A stretch of DNA of 64,000 bases. Source: Pseudomonadota bacterium. GTDB lineage: Bacteria; Myxococcota_A; Polyangia; JAAYKL01. Every line of letters begins with the position of its first letter. Position 1 is the first letter of the stretch. The stretch covers positions 3,472 through 67,471 of the forward strand of contig JALNZK010000012.1 of NCBI GenBank assembly GCA_023229365.1. Direction: 5' to 3'. The position numbers and the translations under genes were made by a program. Positions 17,509 through 26,296 of this stretch are shown piece by piece. The notes beneath the pieces are model-generated. The model worked only from the letters and a program-made list of their open reading frames with translations, made no database searches and was not told the DNA's origin.

Positions 17509-18261
17509 ATGATCGGGCTCGTGGACATCCAGCGCACGTTCGACGGCGAGAAGGCCTTGGACGGCCTGTCGCTCCGCGTGCCGGAGGGGGTGCTCTTCGG
17601 CGTGATGGGCCCCGGCGGGTGCGGCAAGTCGACCTTGTGCCGCGTGATCTGCGGCCTCGTGCGGCCGGAGTCGGGCGTGGCGATCGTCGACGGGGTCGAC
17701 CTCATGCGCTCCGGGCGGCGGGAGATCGCCGCGGTCCAGCGCCGTTGCGGCGTCCAGTTCCAGAACGACGCGCTGTTCGAGCACATGACCGTGCTCGAGA
17801 ACGTGGAGTACCCGCTGCGCCGGCTCACGTCGCTCGGGAACGTTGAGATCAGAGCGCGCGCCGAGGAGCGCCTGGGGATGGTCGGGCTCGACGGCTACGA
17901 GGACCGGCTGCCCAACCGGCTCTCGGGAGGGCAGCGGCGGCGGGTCGCGCTCGCGCGAGCCTGCGTCAACGATCCGCGGCTGCTCGTCTGCGACGATCCG
18001 ACGGCAGGGCTCGATCCGGTCACCTCGCGGAAGATCCTCGAGATGATCCTGGGGATCCGGTTCCAGACACAGAACACCGTGATCGTCGTGTCGTCCGACG
18101 TCGTGGGGCTCATGTCGGTGTGCGACGACGCGGCGCTCGTGTGGGACGGCCGCGTGATCGCGCAGGGCCGGCCGCAGGCGTTCGCCGCGAACCCCGCGCC
18201 CGAGGTGCGGCGCTTCCTCGCGGACGCTCGCCTTCCGTTCGGGAGCGCCCCGTGGGAGTGA
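17509..18261 (+). CDS. mlaF: ABC transporter ATP-binding protein (MlaF/Ttg2A-like)
   Basis: Walker A GPGGCGKST, signature LSGGQRRRVALARA, Walker B LLVCDDPTAGLD. Confidence 0.8.
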   Translation: MIGLVDIQRTFDGEKALDGLSLRVPEGVLFGVMGPGGCGKSTLCRVICGLVRPESGVAIVDGVDLMRSGRREIAAVQRRCGVQFQNDALFEHMTVLENVEYPLRRLTSLGNVEIRARAEERLGMVGLDGYEDRLPNRLSGGQRRRVALARACVNDPRLLVCDDPTAGLDPVTSRKILEMILGIRFQTQNTVIVVSSDVVGLMSVCDDAALVWDGRVIAQGRPQAFAANPAPEVRRFLADARLPFGSAPWE

Positions 18262-19028
18262 CGGCATACCCGGCGAAGGTCGGGCGCGTCTTCCTCGACG
18301 CGTCGATCGAGGTGGGCGGCACGGCGCGGCTCACCGTCGACATCCTGCGCCGGCTCGTGCCCCCGGCCTTCGACGTCGGCGAGCTGAAGCGGTGCCTCTA
18401 CCGCATGGGCTACAAGTCGCTGTCGATCATGGTCGCGACGTCGCTCGTCGTGGGCATCATCCTCGTCATCCAGGCGTTCGTGTTCGTCGATCGCTACGGC
18501 CTGCGTTCGCAGCTCGGATCCGGCGCGGGCTTCAACACCGTCCGCGAGCTCGGGCCGATCATCCTCGCGCTCATGTTCTCGGGCCGCGTGGGCGCCTTCA
18601 CGGCGGCGGAGCTCGGCACGATGACCGTGACCGACCAGGTGGACGGGCTCCGCTGCCTCGCGATCGATCCCATCTCCTACCTCGTCGTGCCGCGCTTCCT
18701 CGCGATGATCGTGTCGCTCGTCGCCCTGACGATCGTCGGCAACACGATGGCGCTGGTGAGCGCGTCGATCATGGGCGACGTGATGATGGACGTGGACCTG
18801 TACACGTTCTGGAGCAACCTGTTCGTCCAGCTGACGCCGTGGGACTACGCGCTGGGCGTCACCAAGTCGGCGCTGTTCGGCGCGATCGTCGCGGTGACGA
18901 GCTGCTACCACGGGCTCGCCACGACGGGCGGCGCGCCGGGCGTCGGCCTGTCGGTCAACAAGGCCGTGGTCTCTTCGGCGGTGGCGATCTTCGTCGTCGA
19001 CTTCTTCTCGACCTTCGTGCTCGGGTGA
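18252..19028 (+). CDS. mlaE: ABC transporter permease (MlaE/Ttg2B-like)
   Basis: GTG start overlapping the mlaF stop; conserved MlaE-like TM core. Confidence 0.75.
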   Translation: MGVTAYPAKVGRVFLDASIEVGGTARLTVDILRRLVPPAFDVGELKRCLYRMGYKSLSIMVATSLVVGIILVIQAFVFVDRYGLRSQLGSGAGFNTVRELGPIILALMFSGRVGAFTAAELGTMTVTDQVDGLRCLAIDPISYLVVPRFLAMIVSLVALTIVGNTMALVSASIMGDVMMDVDLYTFWSNLFVQLTPWDYALGVTKSALFGAIVAVTSCYHGLATTGGAPGVGLSVNKAVVSSAVAIFVVDFFSTFVLG

Positions 19029-19050
19029 CGAGGGGCGCGGACCGTCGCGC

Positions 19051-19821
19051 TCACAGCACGAACGGGATGATCGCCCTGCGCTCCTTCGGGTAGTCGGGGA
19101 AGCGGGACAGGTACCACTTGTGGTTCGACATGGCGCGGGGGACGAGGTTCGCCGCGGTGAAAACGGCGAACGCGAGGCCGGCGAGCGACCACGTCGCGAG
19201 CGCCCACCCCAGCCACTCGACGAGCTCGCCCAGGTAGTTCGGCATGGTCACGAAGCGGAAGAGCCCGCCCCGCGGGATGCGGTACTCGAGCTCGCCGGGG
19301 CGCCGCAGCGCGAGGAGGGTCTCGTCGGAGCGGACGTTGATCGCCATGCCGGCGAGGAAGAGCGCCGCGCCCCCGATGAACCGCGGATCGCAGAGCCAGC
19401 CCGCGCCACGCTCCGGGCCGAGCGCGAACAGCCAGCGGCCGTTGAGGTACGCGTTCCAGGAGTTGAAGACGATCGCCATCGCGACGACCGAGATCGGCAT
19501 CGGCCGCGCGCCGCCCTTGCGGCGGAACGGGTACACGAACGCGCGGTGCAGGTAGTGGATCTCCCACAGCGCGAGGAGGGCGATCGCCGCGGGGTCCTCA
19601 GTCCGGTCGCCGAAAAGGAAGAGCGCCGGCATGCCGATCGCCGCGACCGCCTCCATGAGGATCCAGCCCGCGGTGCTCGGCATCGTCGCGCCGAACCCCT
19701 TGCGTACGTGGCGGCCGTACGGCGCGGCGATCCGCAGGAGCGCGACCACCGTGACAGCGGCGCAGACGAACAGCCCGACGAGCGCGGCGTCGAAGAAGGT
19801 CCGCTCGGTCATGGCGCGCAT
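19051..19821 (-). CDS. 3-oxo-5-alpha-steroid 4-dehydrogenase (steroid 5-alpha-reductase / polyprenol reductase) family membrane protein
   Basis: The C-terminus GGLFRFVTMPNYLGELVEWLGWALATWS...HKWYLSRFPDYPKERRAIIPFVL aligns closely to the eukaryotic SRD5A C-terminal motif. Confidence 0.85.
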   Translation of the reverse strand: MRAMTERTFFDAALVGLFVCAAVTVVALLRIAAPYGRHVRKGFGATMPSTAGWILMEAVAAIGMPALFLFGDRTEDPAAIALLALWEIHYLHRAFVYPFRRKGGARPMPISVVAMAIVFNSWNAYLNGRWLFALGPERGAGWLCDPRFIGGAALFLAGMAINVRSDETLLALRRPGELEYRIPRGGLFRFVTMPNYLGELVEWLGWALATWSLAGLAFAVFTAANLVPRAMSNHKWYLSRFPDYPKERRAIIPFVL

Positions 19822-19920
19822 CTTCGCGGCAAACGGGGGAGGGTGCAAGGTTCCGCTGAGCCACTTTCGGGGTTCCGTGATACTGTAACTGCGGATTTCG
19901 ACCAACACGGAGGTGCGTCG

Positions 19921-21507
19921 ATGCAGCGTTTCCGGTGTTCGATCCTGATGGGTCTTCTCGCCCTCGCGGCGGCCTCGTGCGAGGGGGCAGCCCCCGGTCC
20001 CCTCCCGGCGCCCGACGCGCGCCAGATCGTCGGCGGCTCCGTGGAGGCGGGCTATCCCGCAGTGGGCGCGCTCACGTTCTACTACCCGGGGAACGGCTAC
20101 GTGGGATCGTTCTGCACCGCGTCGCTCATCGACGACGACTGGCTGCTCACCGCCGCGCACTGCGTGCTCCCGTCCTCCGACTTCACGCCGGTGCCGGCGC
20201 TCACGTACTTCTACGTCGGCGGAAACGCGAACCCGCCGAGCCTCGGCGAGGAGCCGACCGCGGGCGATCTCTACCAGGCGGAGTCGTTCTTCCCGCACCC
20301 GAGCTACAGCACCATGACCAGCGCGAACGACATCGCGCTCGTCCACCTCGCGGCCCCCATCGACGGCATCACTCCGCTCCAGATCTACACCGGCACGGCG
20401 CTCGCGGCGGAGGAGGGAGAGCCGGCGTTCTACGTCGGGTTCGGGGTGACCACCGGCAGCGGCACCGACAGCGGCGTCAAGCGCTCGGCGTACATCGACA
20501 TCGGCGACGTCGGCACGTTGTCCTACACGAGCTACTACGACGGCACGGGGATCTGCTTCGGCGACTCGGGCGGCCCGGGGCTCTTCGACTTCGGCTCCGG
20601 CGATCGGATCATCGGCGTCAACTCGACGGTCGGCGGGTCCCCGACGTGCATGAGCTCGTACAACGACACCCGCGTCGACGCTTACGACACCTGGGTCGCG
20701 AACACGATGGCGTCGAACCCGGACTGCGGGAGCGATTCGGATCTGTGCGTCTGCCCGGATGCGTGCCAGGTCGACGGCAGCTGCGACAACACCGTGTGCC
20801 AGACGCTGGACTGCGAGGGGCTCTACGATTGCGCCTCCGGGTGCGGGGTGACCGAAGAGGACTGCTACATCGGCTGCTACCTGACCGCGACCTTCTCGGG
20901 ACAGGGCCAGTTCGACGATCTCATGGTCTGCGCGTACGAGAACTGCGACGGCATCTCGGATGACACCGAGTACGCCGAGTGCGTCGCCGAGGACTGCGCG
21001 ACGGAGCTCGACGACTGCTTCCCGCCGTGCGACATCCTCGGCGGCGACTGCGACGACGACGCCTGCTACGTCACCACGACCGCCACGACCGCGTGCTTCC
21101 CTTCCGTCGGCAACGTCGACGGAGAGGACTGCTCGGACACGTCGACCACGCTCGGGTGCGCGGACGGCCTGATGTGCTACGGCGGCACCTGCCACGACTT
21201 CTGCCTCGGCGAAGGGGACTGCGAGGCGGACGAGACCTGTAACGACGGCCTCTTCTCCAGCTACGATCCGAACCTCGGCTACTGCGACGGGGACGCGGAC
21301 TCGGACACCGACTCGGACGCCGACACCGATTCGGACTCGGACACCGACTCGGACACCGATTCGGACGCGGATTCGGACTCGGACTCCGACTCGGATTCGG
21401 ACGGCGATGGCGACGCCGATTCCGACACGACCGGCGACAGCTCGTGCGGGTGCGGCGCGGCGGGCCTCGGCGACTCGGGCGGCCTCCTCTCGCTCCTGCT
21501 CGGTTGA
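19921..21507 (+). CDS. secreted trypsin-like (S1) serine protease with a Cys-rich C-terminal domain, an SD/TD repeat and a MYXO-CTERM-like tail
   Basis: GGAGG RBS; lipobox LAAASC; IVGG, TAAHC and GDSGGP catalytic motifs; DSDTDSD repeat; C-terminal GCGAAGLGDSGGLLSLLLG. Confidence 0.85.
   Translation: MQRFRCSILMGLLALAAASCEGAAPGPLPAPDARQIVGGSVEAGYPAVGALTFYYPGNGYVGSFCTASLIDDDWLLTAAHCVLPSSDFTPVPALTYFYVGGNANPPSLGEEPTAGDLYQAESFFPHPSYSTMTSANDIALVHLAAPIDGITPLQIYTGTALAAEEGEPAFYVGFGVTTGSGTDSGVKRSAYIDIGDVGTLSYTSYYDGTGICFGDSGGPGLFDFGSGDRIIGVNSTVGGSPTCMSSYNDTRVDAYDTWVANTMASNPDCGSDSDLCVCPDACQVDGSCDNTVCQTLDCEGLYDCASGCGVTEEDCYIGCYLTATFSGQGQFDDLMVCAYENCDGISDDTEYAECVAEDCATELDDCFPPCDILGGDCDDDACYVTTTATTACFPSVGNVDGEDCSDTSTTLGCADGLMCYGGTCHDFCLGEGDCEADETCNDGLFSSYDPNLGYCDGDADSDTDSDADTDSDSDTDSDTDSDADSDSDSDSDSDGDGDADSDTTGDSSCGCGAAGLGDSGGLLSLLLG
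21286..21432 (+). repeat. degenerate hexanucleotide repeat (GAC-WCS)n encoding a (D-S/T)n linker
   Basis: The hexamer GACTCGGACACC recurs directly. Confidence 0.8.
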
Positions 21508-21619
21508 TCGAGCGCCCTTGGAACAGGACGACAAAGCGAGGGCGCGCGCCAGGCGGGACTACCTCTTCGCGGGAGCGACGGCCCTGGCCGCGGCCATCGT
21601 CGGGATCGCGGATCGCGGA

Positions 21620-21949
21620 ATGCTGTCCGAGATCCCGATCCCCGTTGCGGTCGCCGCAATCATCCTGGCCGCGGTCGTGTACGTCCGCGTCGCCTACGGG
21701 CTGCTGCGCGGACGCGACGACGACTCCGCCGCGCCGGCCACGGAGCGGATGCGGCGGATGGCGTTCATCTGGCTCATCCTCACGGCCGTGATCGGCGTCG
21801 CCGTCGTCAAGGATCCCGCCGCGTCCGTATGGGAGGGCGGGGCGGCAGGGCTCGAGCTCCGCGACTGGGCCGCCGGCGCCGCCGGGATCGCCGTCGTCGT
21901 CGCGGCGATCGTGCGCGCGGTCCGGATGATCTCTCTCGGGAGGCGGTGA
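21620..21949 (+). CDS. small membrane protein (hypothetical). An alternative TTG start at 21518 is possible.
   Basis: Three hydrophobic helices. The overlapping antisense ORFs are Arg/Ser-rich junk. Confidence 0.4.
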   Translation: MLSEIPIPVAVAAIILAAVVYVRVAYGLLRGRDDDSAAPATERMRRMAFIWLILTAVIGVAVVKDPAASVWEGGAAGLELRDWAAGAAGIAVVVAAIVRAVRMISLGRR

Positions 21950-23605
21950 CTACTTGACCGGGGTCGCCTTGAGTGACGCCTTGCCGTCCTTCTCGTAGAC
22001 CTGGAACTGCACGACCTTGCAGCCGTACCGCGCGACGAGCGCGTCGCGGTTCTTCTTGAGCGTGACCTCGAACCTCTCGAACGTGAGCTGATCGACCGGC
22101 TCGCCGAGCTTCTGCTTGAGCGCGACGAACTCGCCGTGGATCTTCCTGAAGTACGCCTGCTCCTCCTCCGGGGAGAGCGCGGGTGGCCCCCCCTGGGGCG
22201 CGGGTGGCGCGGGCGGCGGCGGCACCGGCGGGCGCGTGCCCGGGCTGCCCGACGCGGGCGGCGGGGGCGCACCTGCGATCGGGCGGGGCGGGGCGATCGC
22301 GGCCTGCGGGCCGGACGCCGGCCTGGGCGCGCCGGCGCTCGGCGGGGGCGGGGCGTCCGGAATGTCGTCCGCGCTCGCCTCGACGAACTTGAACGACGCC
22401 GACGAAAGGCGAGGTCCCTCCGACGCCTTGCCGAGGATCGAGTCGATGCTCTTCCCCGCGCCGGCGGCGGATTCGAACGCGGCCTTCACCTTGAGGTCCG
22501 CGACCTTGTTGAACGAGATCGCGGTCTTCCGGATGCGGCGGCTGAACTTGTAGATGTTGAGCTGATCCTTCGGGTCGGCCGTCTCGAGCGCCATGACCGC
22601 CTTGTGGAGCTTCCCCACGGGGCGCTCCGCCTCGAGGTAGTTCCACAGCCAGCCGAGCAGGACGACGAGCACGATTCCGCCGATGAGCAGCTCGCGCGGC
22701 AGCTTGTCGATGTCCTGGACGCCCGCCTTCTCGTAGAACTCCGTCGGCTTGGCCATGAGCGACACCGGCGTCAGGAGCAGGTAGCCGACGTCGTTCGCCG
22801 CCGCCTCGCCGTGCACCAGCGCGTAGGCGGTCATGAAGTCCTCGGTCTTGGACTGCACGCGCGAGACCTCGCTGTAACCCTTCTCGCGGAACGTCTTGTC
22901 CACGAGCACCTTCTCGAGCTGCTCCGCGATGAGGGCGCGCTGCGGGCTCGTGAGCGGCTTCCCTTCCGGGGAGCCCGCCGCGATGATCGTGTTGCCCGCG
23001 AAGAAGGCGAGGAGCACCTTCGGCGAGAGCTCGGCCGCGAGCTTGTCGTTCACGAGCAGGGCGTGCACGAGCGCGCCGACGTACCGGCCGCCCTGGACGA
23101 CCGGCCGCGCGGCGACGAGCATCACGTCGTTGTCCAGCTTCCAGACATCGTCGCGGATGTAGCCCCGCAGCGCGCCGTCGACCGCCGGGAAGCCGGCGAG
23201 GTTGTAGCCCTTGGCGTGCGGGTTCGTCCCGATCTGCCCGACGACGGTGCCCTTGGCGTCGAGCGCGATGAGGAGATCGGCCTTGTACTTTCCGAAGGCC
23301 GCGTTCCTCTCCAGCAGCACCTTGAGCAGCTTGTCTCTGACCGAGGCCGCCTTGTCCGGGTTCGCCGAGACCTCCGCGAGCATCTTGCGGACGTCCTCGT
23401 CGGCGGTGGCGCCGAGCAGCACGTCGAGACGTTTGCGCGCGTGCAGCGTCAACGCGATCTCGACCTTGTCGGACTCTTTGTAAAGGAGCGCGGTCGAGTT
23501 CTCCAGGCGCTCGCGGTTCACGAGGTCGGTGGCGAGCAGCACGATCGCGATGAGCGCTCCGCCGAGCAGTGCGAGCAGCAACGTCCAGATTCGGGATGCA
23601 AACAT
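21950..23605 (-). CDS. membrane protein with a periplasmic sensor-like domain between two TM helices, a Pro-rich linker and a conserved ~70-aa C-terminal domain
   Basis: AGAGGGA RBS; TM1 WTLLLALLGGALIAIVLL; TM2 LLIGGIVLVVLLGWL; a PPPP-rich segment; C-terminus YGCKVVQFQVYEKDGKASLKATPVK. Confidence 0.6.
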   Translation of the reverse strand: MFASRIWTLLLALLGGALIAIVLLATDLVNRERLENSTALLYKESDKVEIALTLHARKRLDVLLGATADEDVRKMLAEVSANPDKAASVRDKLLKVLLERNAAFGKYKADLLIALDAKGTVVGQIGTNPHAKGYNLAGFPAVDGALRGYIRDDVWKLDNDVMLVAARPVVQGGRYVGALVHALLVNDKLAAELSPKVLLAFFAGNTIIAAGSPEGKPLTSPQRALIAEQLEKVLVDKTFREKGYSEVSRVQSKTEDFMTAYALVHGEAAANDVGYLLLTPVSLMAKPTEFYEKAGVQDIDKLPRELLIGGIVLVVLLGWLWNYLEAERPVGKLHKAVMALETADPKDQLNIYKFSRRIRKTAISFNKVADLKVKAAFESAAGAGKSIDSILGKASEGPRLSSASFKFVEASADDIPDAPPPPSAGAPRPASGPQAAIAPPRPIAGAPPPPASGSPGTRPPVPPPPAPPAPQGGPPALSPEEEQAYFRKIHGEFVALKQKLGEPVDQLTFERFEVTLKKNRDALVARYGCKVVQFQVYEKDGKASLKATPVK

Positions 23606-23612
23606 GTTCCCT

Positions 23613-24380
23613 CTACCTGCCTGTCGGCTTCTTGGCGGGCTCCGCGGGAGCCTTGGCCGGTGCCGCGGGCGCCTTGCCCGGGGCGGGAGCCTTGTCGAGC
23701 TTCACTTCGACCGGAACGTCGCCGCGTTCGCTCTCGATTTTGATCTTCTGCTCGTGGACCCACTTGCCGCGGAAGAAGACGCGCAGGGTGTAGTCGCCGA
23801 CGGCGAGGCCGTCCTGGGAGAAGCCGCCGCTCCCGTCCGCCGAGAGCACGAAGGTCGCGTTCGTGACGACGATCCAGCCGCGGAAGTGCGGCATCAGCCG
23901 GCACCGCACCTCGTAGACGCCCTCCCGCGCGAACTCGATCGTCCTGAAGGAGCCACGCGACTGCTTCTCCGGCTTGAAGTCGTCGAAGCCCGGGACGTAG
24001 AGCTCGTGATCGAACGGATCGACGCCCCGGAACTTGACCGCGGCGCCGGGCCGCACGACAACGACGTCCTTGTCGAGCCCGCCCGCGCGGACGTCCACCT
24101 CGACCGGCTCGGCCTTCGGCGGCGGCGCGCCTTCCCGGATGAGCACGATGCCGAGATCGGTTTTCGGCACGACGAACGGCGGCTCGACGTTGCGCACCGC
24201 GTTCGGCTCGTTCCAGTAGCCGGGCTTCACGGCGGTCGGCGCCTTGGCGTCCTCGTCCACGAGCGCCTGGCGGAACTGGTCGGTGACGGCGATCTTGCCG
24301 ACGACCTTGGCCGCCTCCGCCCTCGCGCCGATGGCGAGGGACAATAGGAGAACGGCCGAAATCAACACGCGCGGGAACAT
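23613..24380 (-). CDS. secreted hypothetical protein, possibly a cupredoxin-like fold
   Basis: GGAGG RBS; signal peptide MFPRVLISAVLLLSLAIGARA; a His/Cys/Met cluster (HELY...CRLMPH). Confidence 0.5.
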   Translation of the reverse strand: MFPRVLISAVLLLSLAIGARAEAAKVVGKIAVTDQFRQALVDEDAKAPTAVKPGYWNEPNAVRNVEPPFVVPKTDLGIVLIREGAPPPKAEPVEVDVRAGGLDKDVVVVRPGAAVKFRGVDPFDHELYVPGFDDFKPEKQSRGSFRTIEFAREGVYEVRCRLMPHFRGWIVVTNATFVLSADGSGGFSQDGLAVGDYTLRVFFRGKWVHEQKIKIESERGDVPVEVKLDKAPAPGKAPAAPAKAPAEPAKKPTGR

Positions 24381-24409
24381 GGCGACCTCCTGCTCGAAAC
24401 GGAAAACGG

Positions 24410-25294
24410 TCAATCGGACATCCTGACGAACGCGTTGTCGACCAGCACCTTGGTCTGGGAGCTCGGGCGGTAGCTGATCAGCGCGTCGCCGAGGACCGCG
24501 AAGTTGTCGTCCTTGCCGACGCTGTCCAGCGTGTACTCGAACCGGATGACGGACAAGGCGGTGTTGGCCCCGTCGAGGCCGTCCACGGTCTTGCCCTCCT
24601 CGTAGAAGTACTCGCAATCGGTGACCGTGCCCGCGCCGCTCGAAGGCATGCCCACGGAAACGTTGTCGAACGAGTACGCGATGGTGCATTTCGTGTCGTC
24701 TATCAGCGTGTAGTTGTAACTCTCGATGCGCTGCTCGATCACCGCGCCGGAGCCGTCCGTCAGCACGAGGTTCGACTCGCGCAGGTAGGAGCTCCCACCG
24801 TCACTGAACAGGAGATTGTACGAATCTCCAAAAACGTAGACGCTGTCGTGGTTGAAATCGGGCCCGAGGAACAGGACGTCACCGGCGCTGCCGAGCGAGT
24901 ACATGGTGTCCTGCGTGAAGTTCATGTAGACCGCCGCGAGCTCGTCCAGGGTGCTCACCTCGCCGAGATCCTCGGCCCAACCGCCGCTGAAGGAGATCCT
25001 CCCGCCGGAGCCGACGGACCACTCGCCGTCCCGGGCGGTCGTCTCTTCGACGGGCGTCAACGCGGTGACCTCCTCGTGCGTGTGGGTGAGGGTGAACGTC
25101 CCGTCCGCTCGCAGCGCCAACGTCCAGGTGTCCGTCTCCGGGTCCGAGGCGTCTCCCGGCTGGAAGATCCTCGTGCGCACCCAGGTTCCTGCGAGATCCG
25201 CGGCCGCGCCGCCGCCGCTCTCGTCGCAAGCGAGGGCGCTCGCGGCGCAGAGAGCCCCGAGAACCCCGCACAGGACAGCCCGTTTCGAAGGCAT
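24410..25294 (-). CDS. hypothetical lipoprotein
   Basis: Signal peptide and lipobox (ASALAC). Confidence 0.55.
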   Translation of the reverse strand: MPSKRAVLCGVLGALCAASALACDESGGGAAADLAGTWVRTRIFQPGDASDPETDTWTLALRADGTFTLTHTHEEVTALTPVEETTARDGEWSVGSGGRISFSGGWAEDLGEVSTLDELAAVYMNFTQDTMYSLGSAGDVLFLGPDFNHDSVYVFGDSYNLLFSDGGSSYLRESNLVLTDGSGAVIEQRIESYNYTLIDDTKCTIAYSFDNVSVGMPSSGAGTVTDCEYFYEEGKTVDGLDGANTALSVIRFEYTLDSVGKDDNFAVLGDALISYRPSSQTKVLVDNAFVRMSD

Positions 25295-25438
25295 GCTTCG
25301 TGACCCTCCTCGATGAGGAACGACGTCGAAGACACGTCGTCTCAATTGTGCAGTTTTACCCCCTCGAGCCCCCCGACTCAAGGCTTGACTCGCCTTCAAC
25401 CGGGGGCGCGGAACCGAATTCGAGTGTATGCTTCGGCC

Positions 25439-26296
25439 ATGACCCGGGACCCGGAAAGCCGCCGCGCCGCTCTCGTCGCGAGCCTCGAGCGCCTCGGCTC
25501 CGCGCTCGTCGCCCTGTCGGGCGGCGTCGACTCCGCGCTGCTTGTCGCGCAGGCCGTCGCACACGTGCGCGGGCCCGTCGAGGCGGCCGTCGCGGTCACG
25601 CCGCTGCACCCCGATCCCGGAGCGGCCCGGGCGGCGGCTTCGCACCTCGGCGTCCGCCTGCACGAGATCCGCGTCCCGGTGCTCGACGACCCCGAGCTCC
25701 GCGAGAACCCTCCATGGAGGTGCTACCTGTGCAAGCGGGCCATCTTCGGGAGGCTCGCGCAGCTCGCTCGAGACCGGGACCTCCTGGCCGTGCTGGACGG
25801 GAGCAACGCGGACGATCTGCGCGATCACCGCCCCGGGCGCCGCGCGCTCCGCGAGCTCGGCGTATCGAGCCCGCTCGCGGACGCCGGGCTGACGAAGACC
25901 GAGGTCCGCGCGCTGGCCGGCGAGATGGGGCTCGAGGCCGCTTCGAGGATCTCGGACACCTGCGCGGCGACCCGCTTCCCGTACGGAGCCCGGCTCACCG
26001 ACGAGGCGATCGCGCGCGTCCGGCGCGCCGAGCGGGCCGTTGCGGCGGAGGTGGGCGGGCCGATCCGGGTCCGGGTGCACGGGGACCTGGCCCGCGTCGA
26101 AGTGGTGCCCTCGGCCATCCAGGTCCTCTCGGATCCGCTCGTGCGGGAGCGGATCCGCCGCGCGCTCCGGGAGGCCGGATTCCTCTACGTCGCGCTGGAC
26201 CTCGACGGGTACAGGAGCGGCGCGATGGACGAGGCGCTCACCGAGGCGGAGCGCCGCGCGGCGCTCTCGGGAGACGATCTCAGCGGGCCTGCCTGA
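25439..26296 (+). CDS. larE: LarE-like ATP-dependent sulfur transferase of the PP-loop superfamily
   Basis: PP-loop SGGVDS, a CYLCK cysteine, and a C-terminal LarE-like region (DTCAATRFPYG). Confidence 0.7.
   Translation: MTRDPESRRAALVASLERLGSALVALSGGVDSALLVAQAVAHVRGPVEAAVAVTPLHPDPGAARAAASHLGVRLHEIRVPVLDDPELRENPPWRCYLCKRAIFGRLAQLARDRDLLAVLDGSNADDLRDHRPGRRALRELGVSSPLADAGLTKTEVRALAGEMGLEAASRISDTCAATRFPYGARLTDEAIARVRRAERAVAAEVGGPIRVRVHGDLARVEVVPSAIQVLSDPLVRERIRRALREAGFLYVALDLDGYRSGAMDEALTEAERRAALSGDDLSGPA

Noticed and set aside
19822-21534. Upstream 570-aa extension of the 827-aa minus-strand ORF 19051-21534
   Set aside because: Only the C-terminal 256 aa (19051-19821) form the SRD5A-family protein. 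The remainder is antisense to the serine-protease gene and is Arg/Val/Ala-rich.
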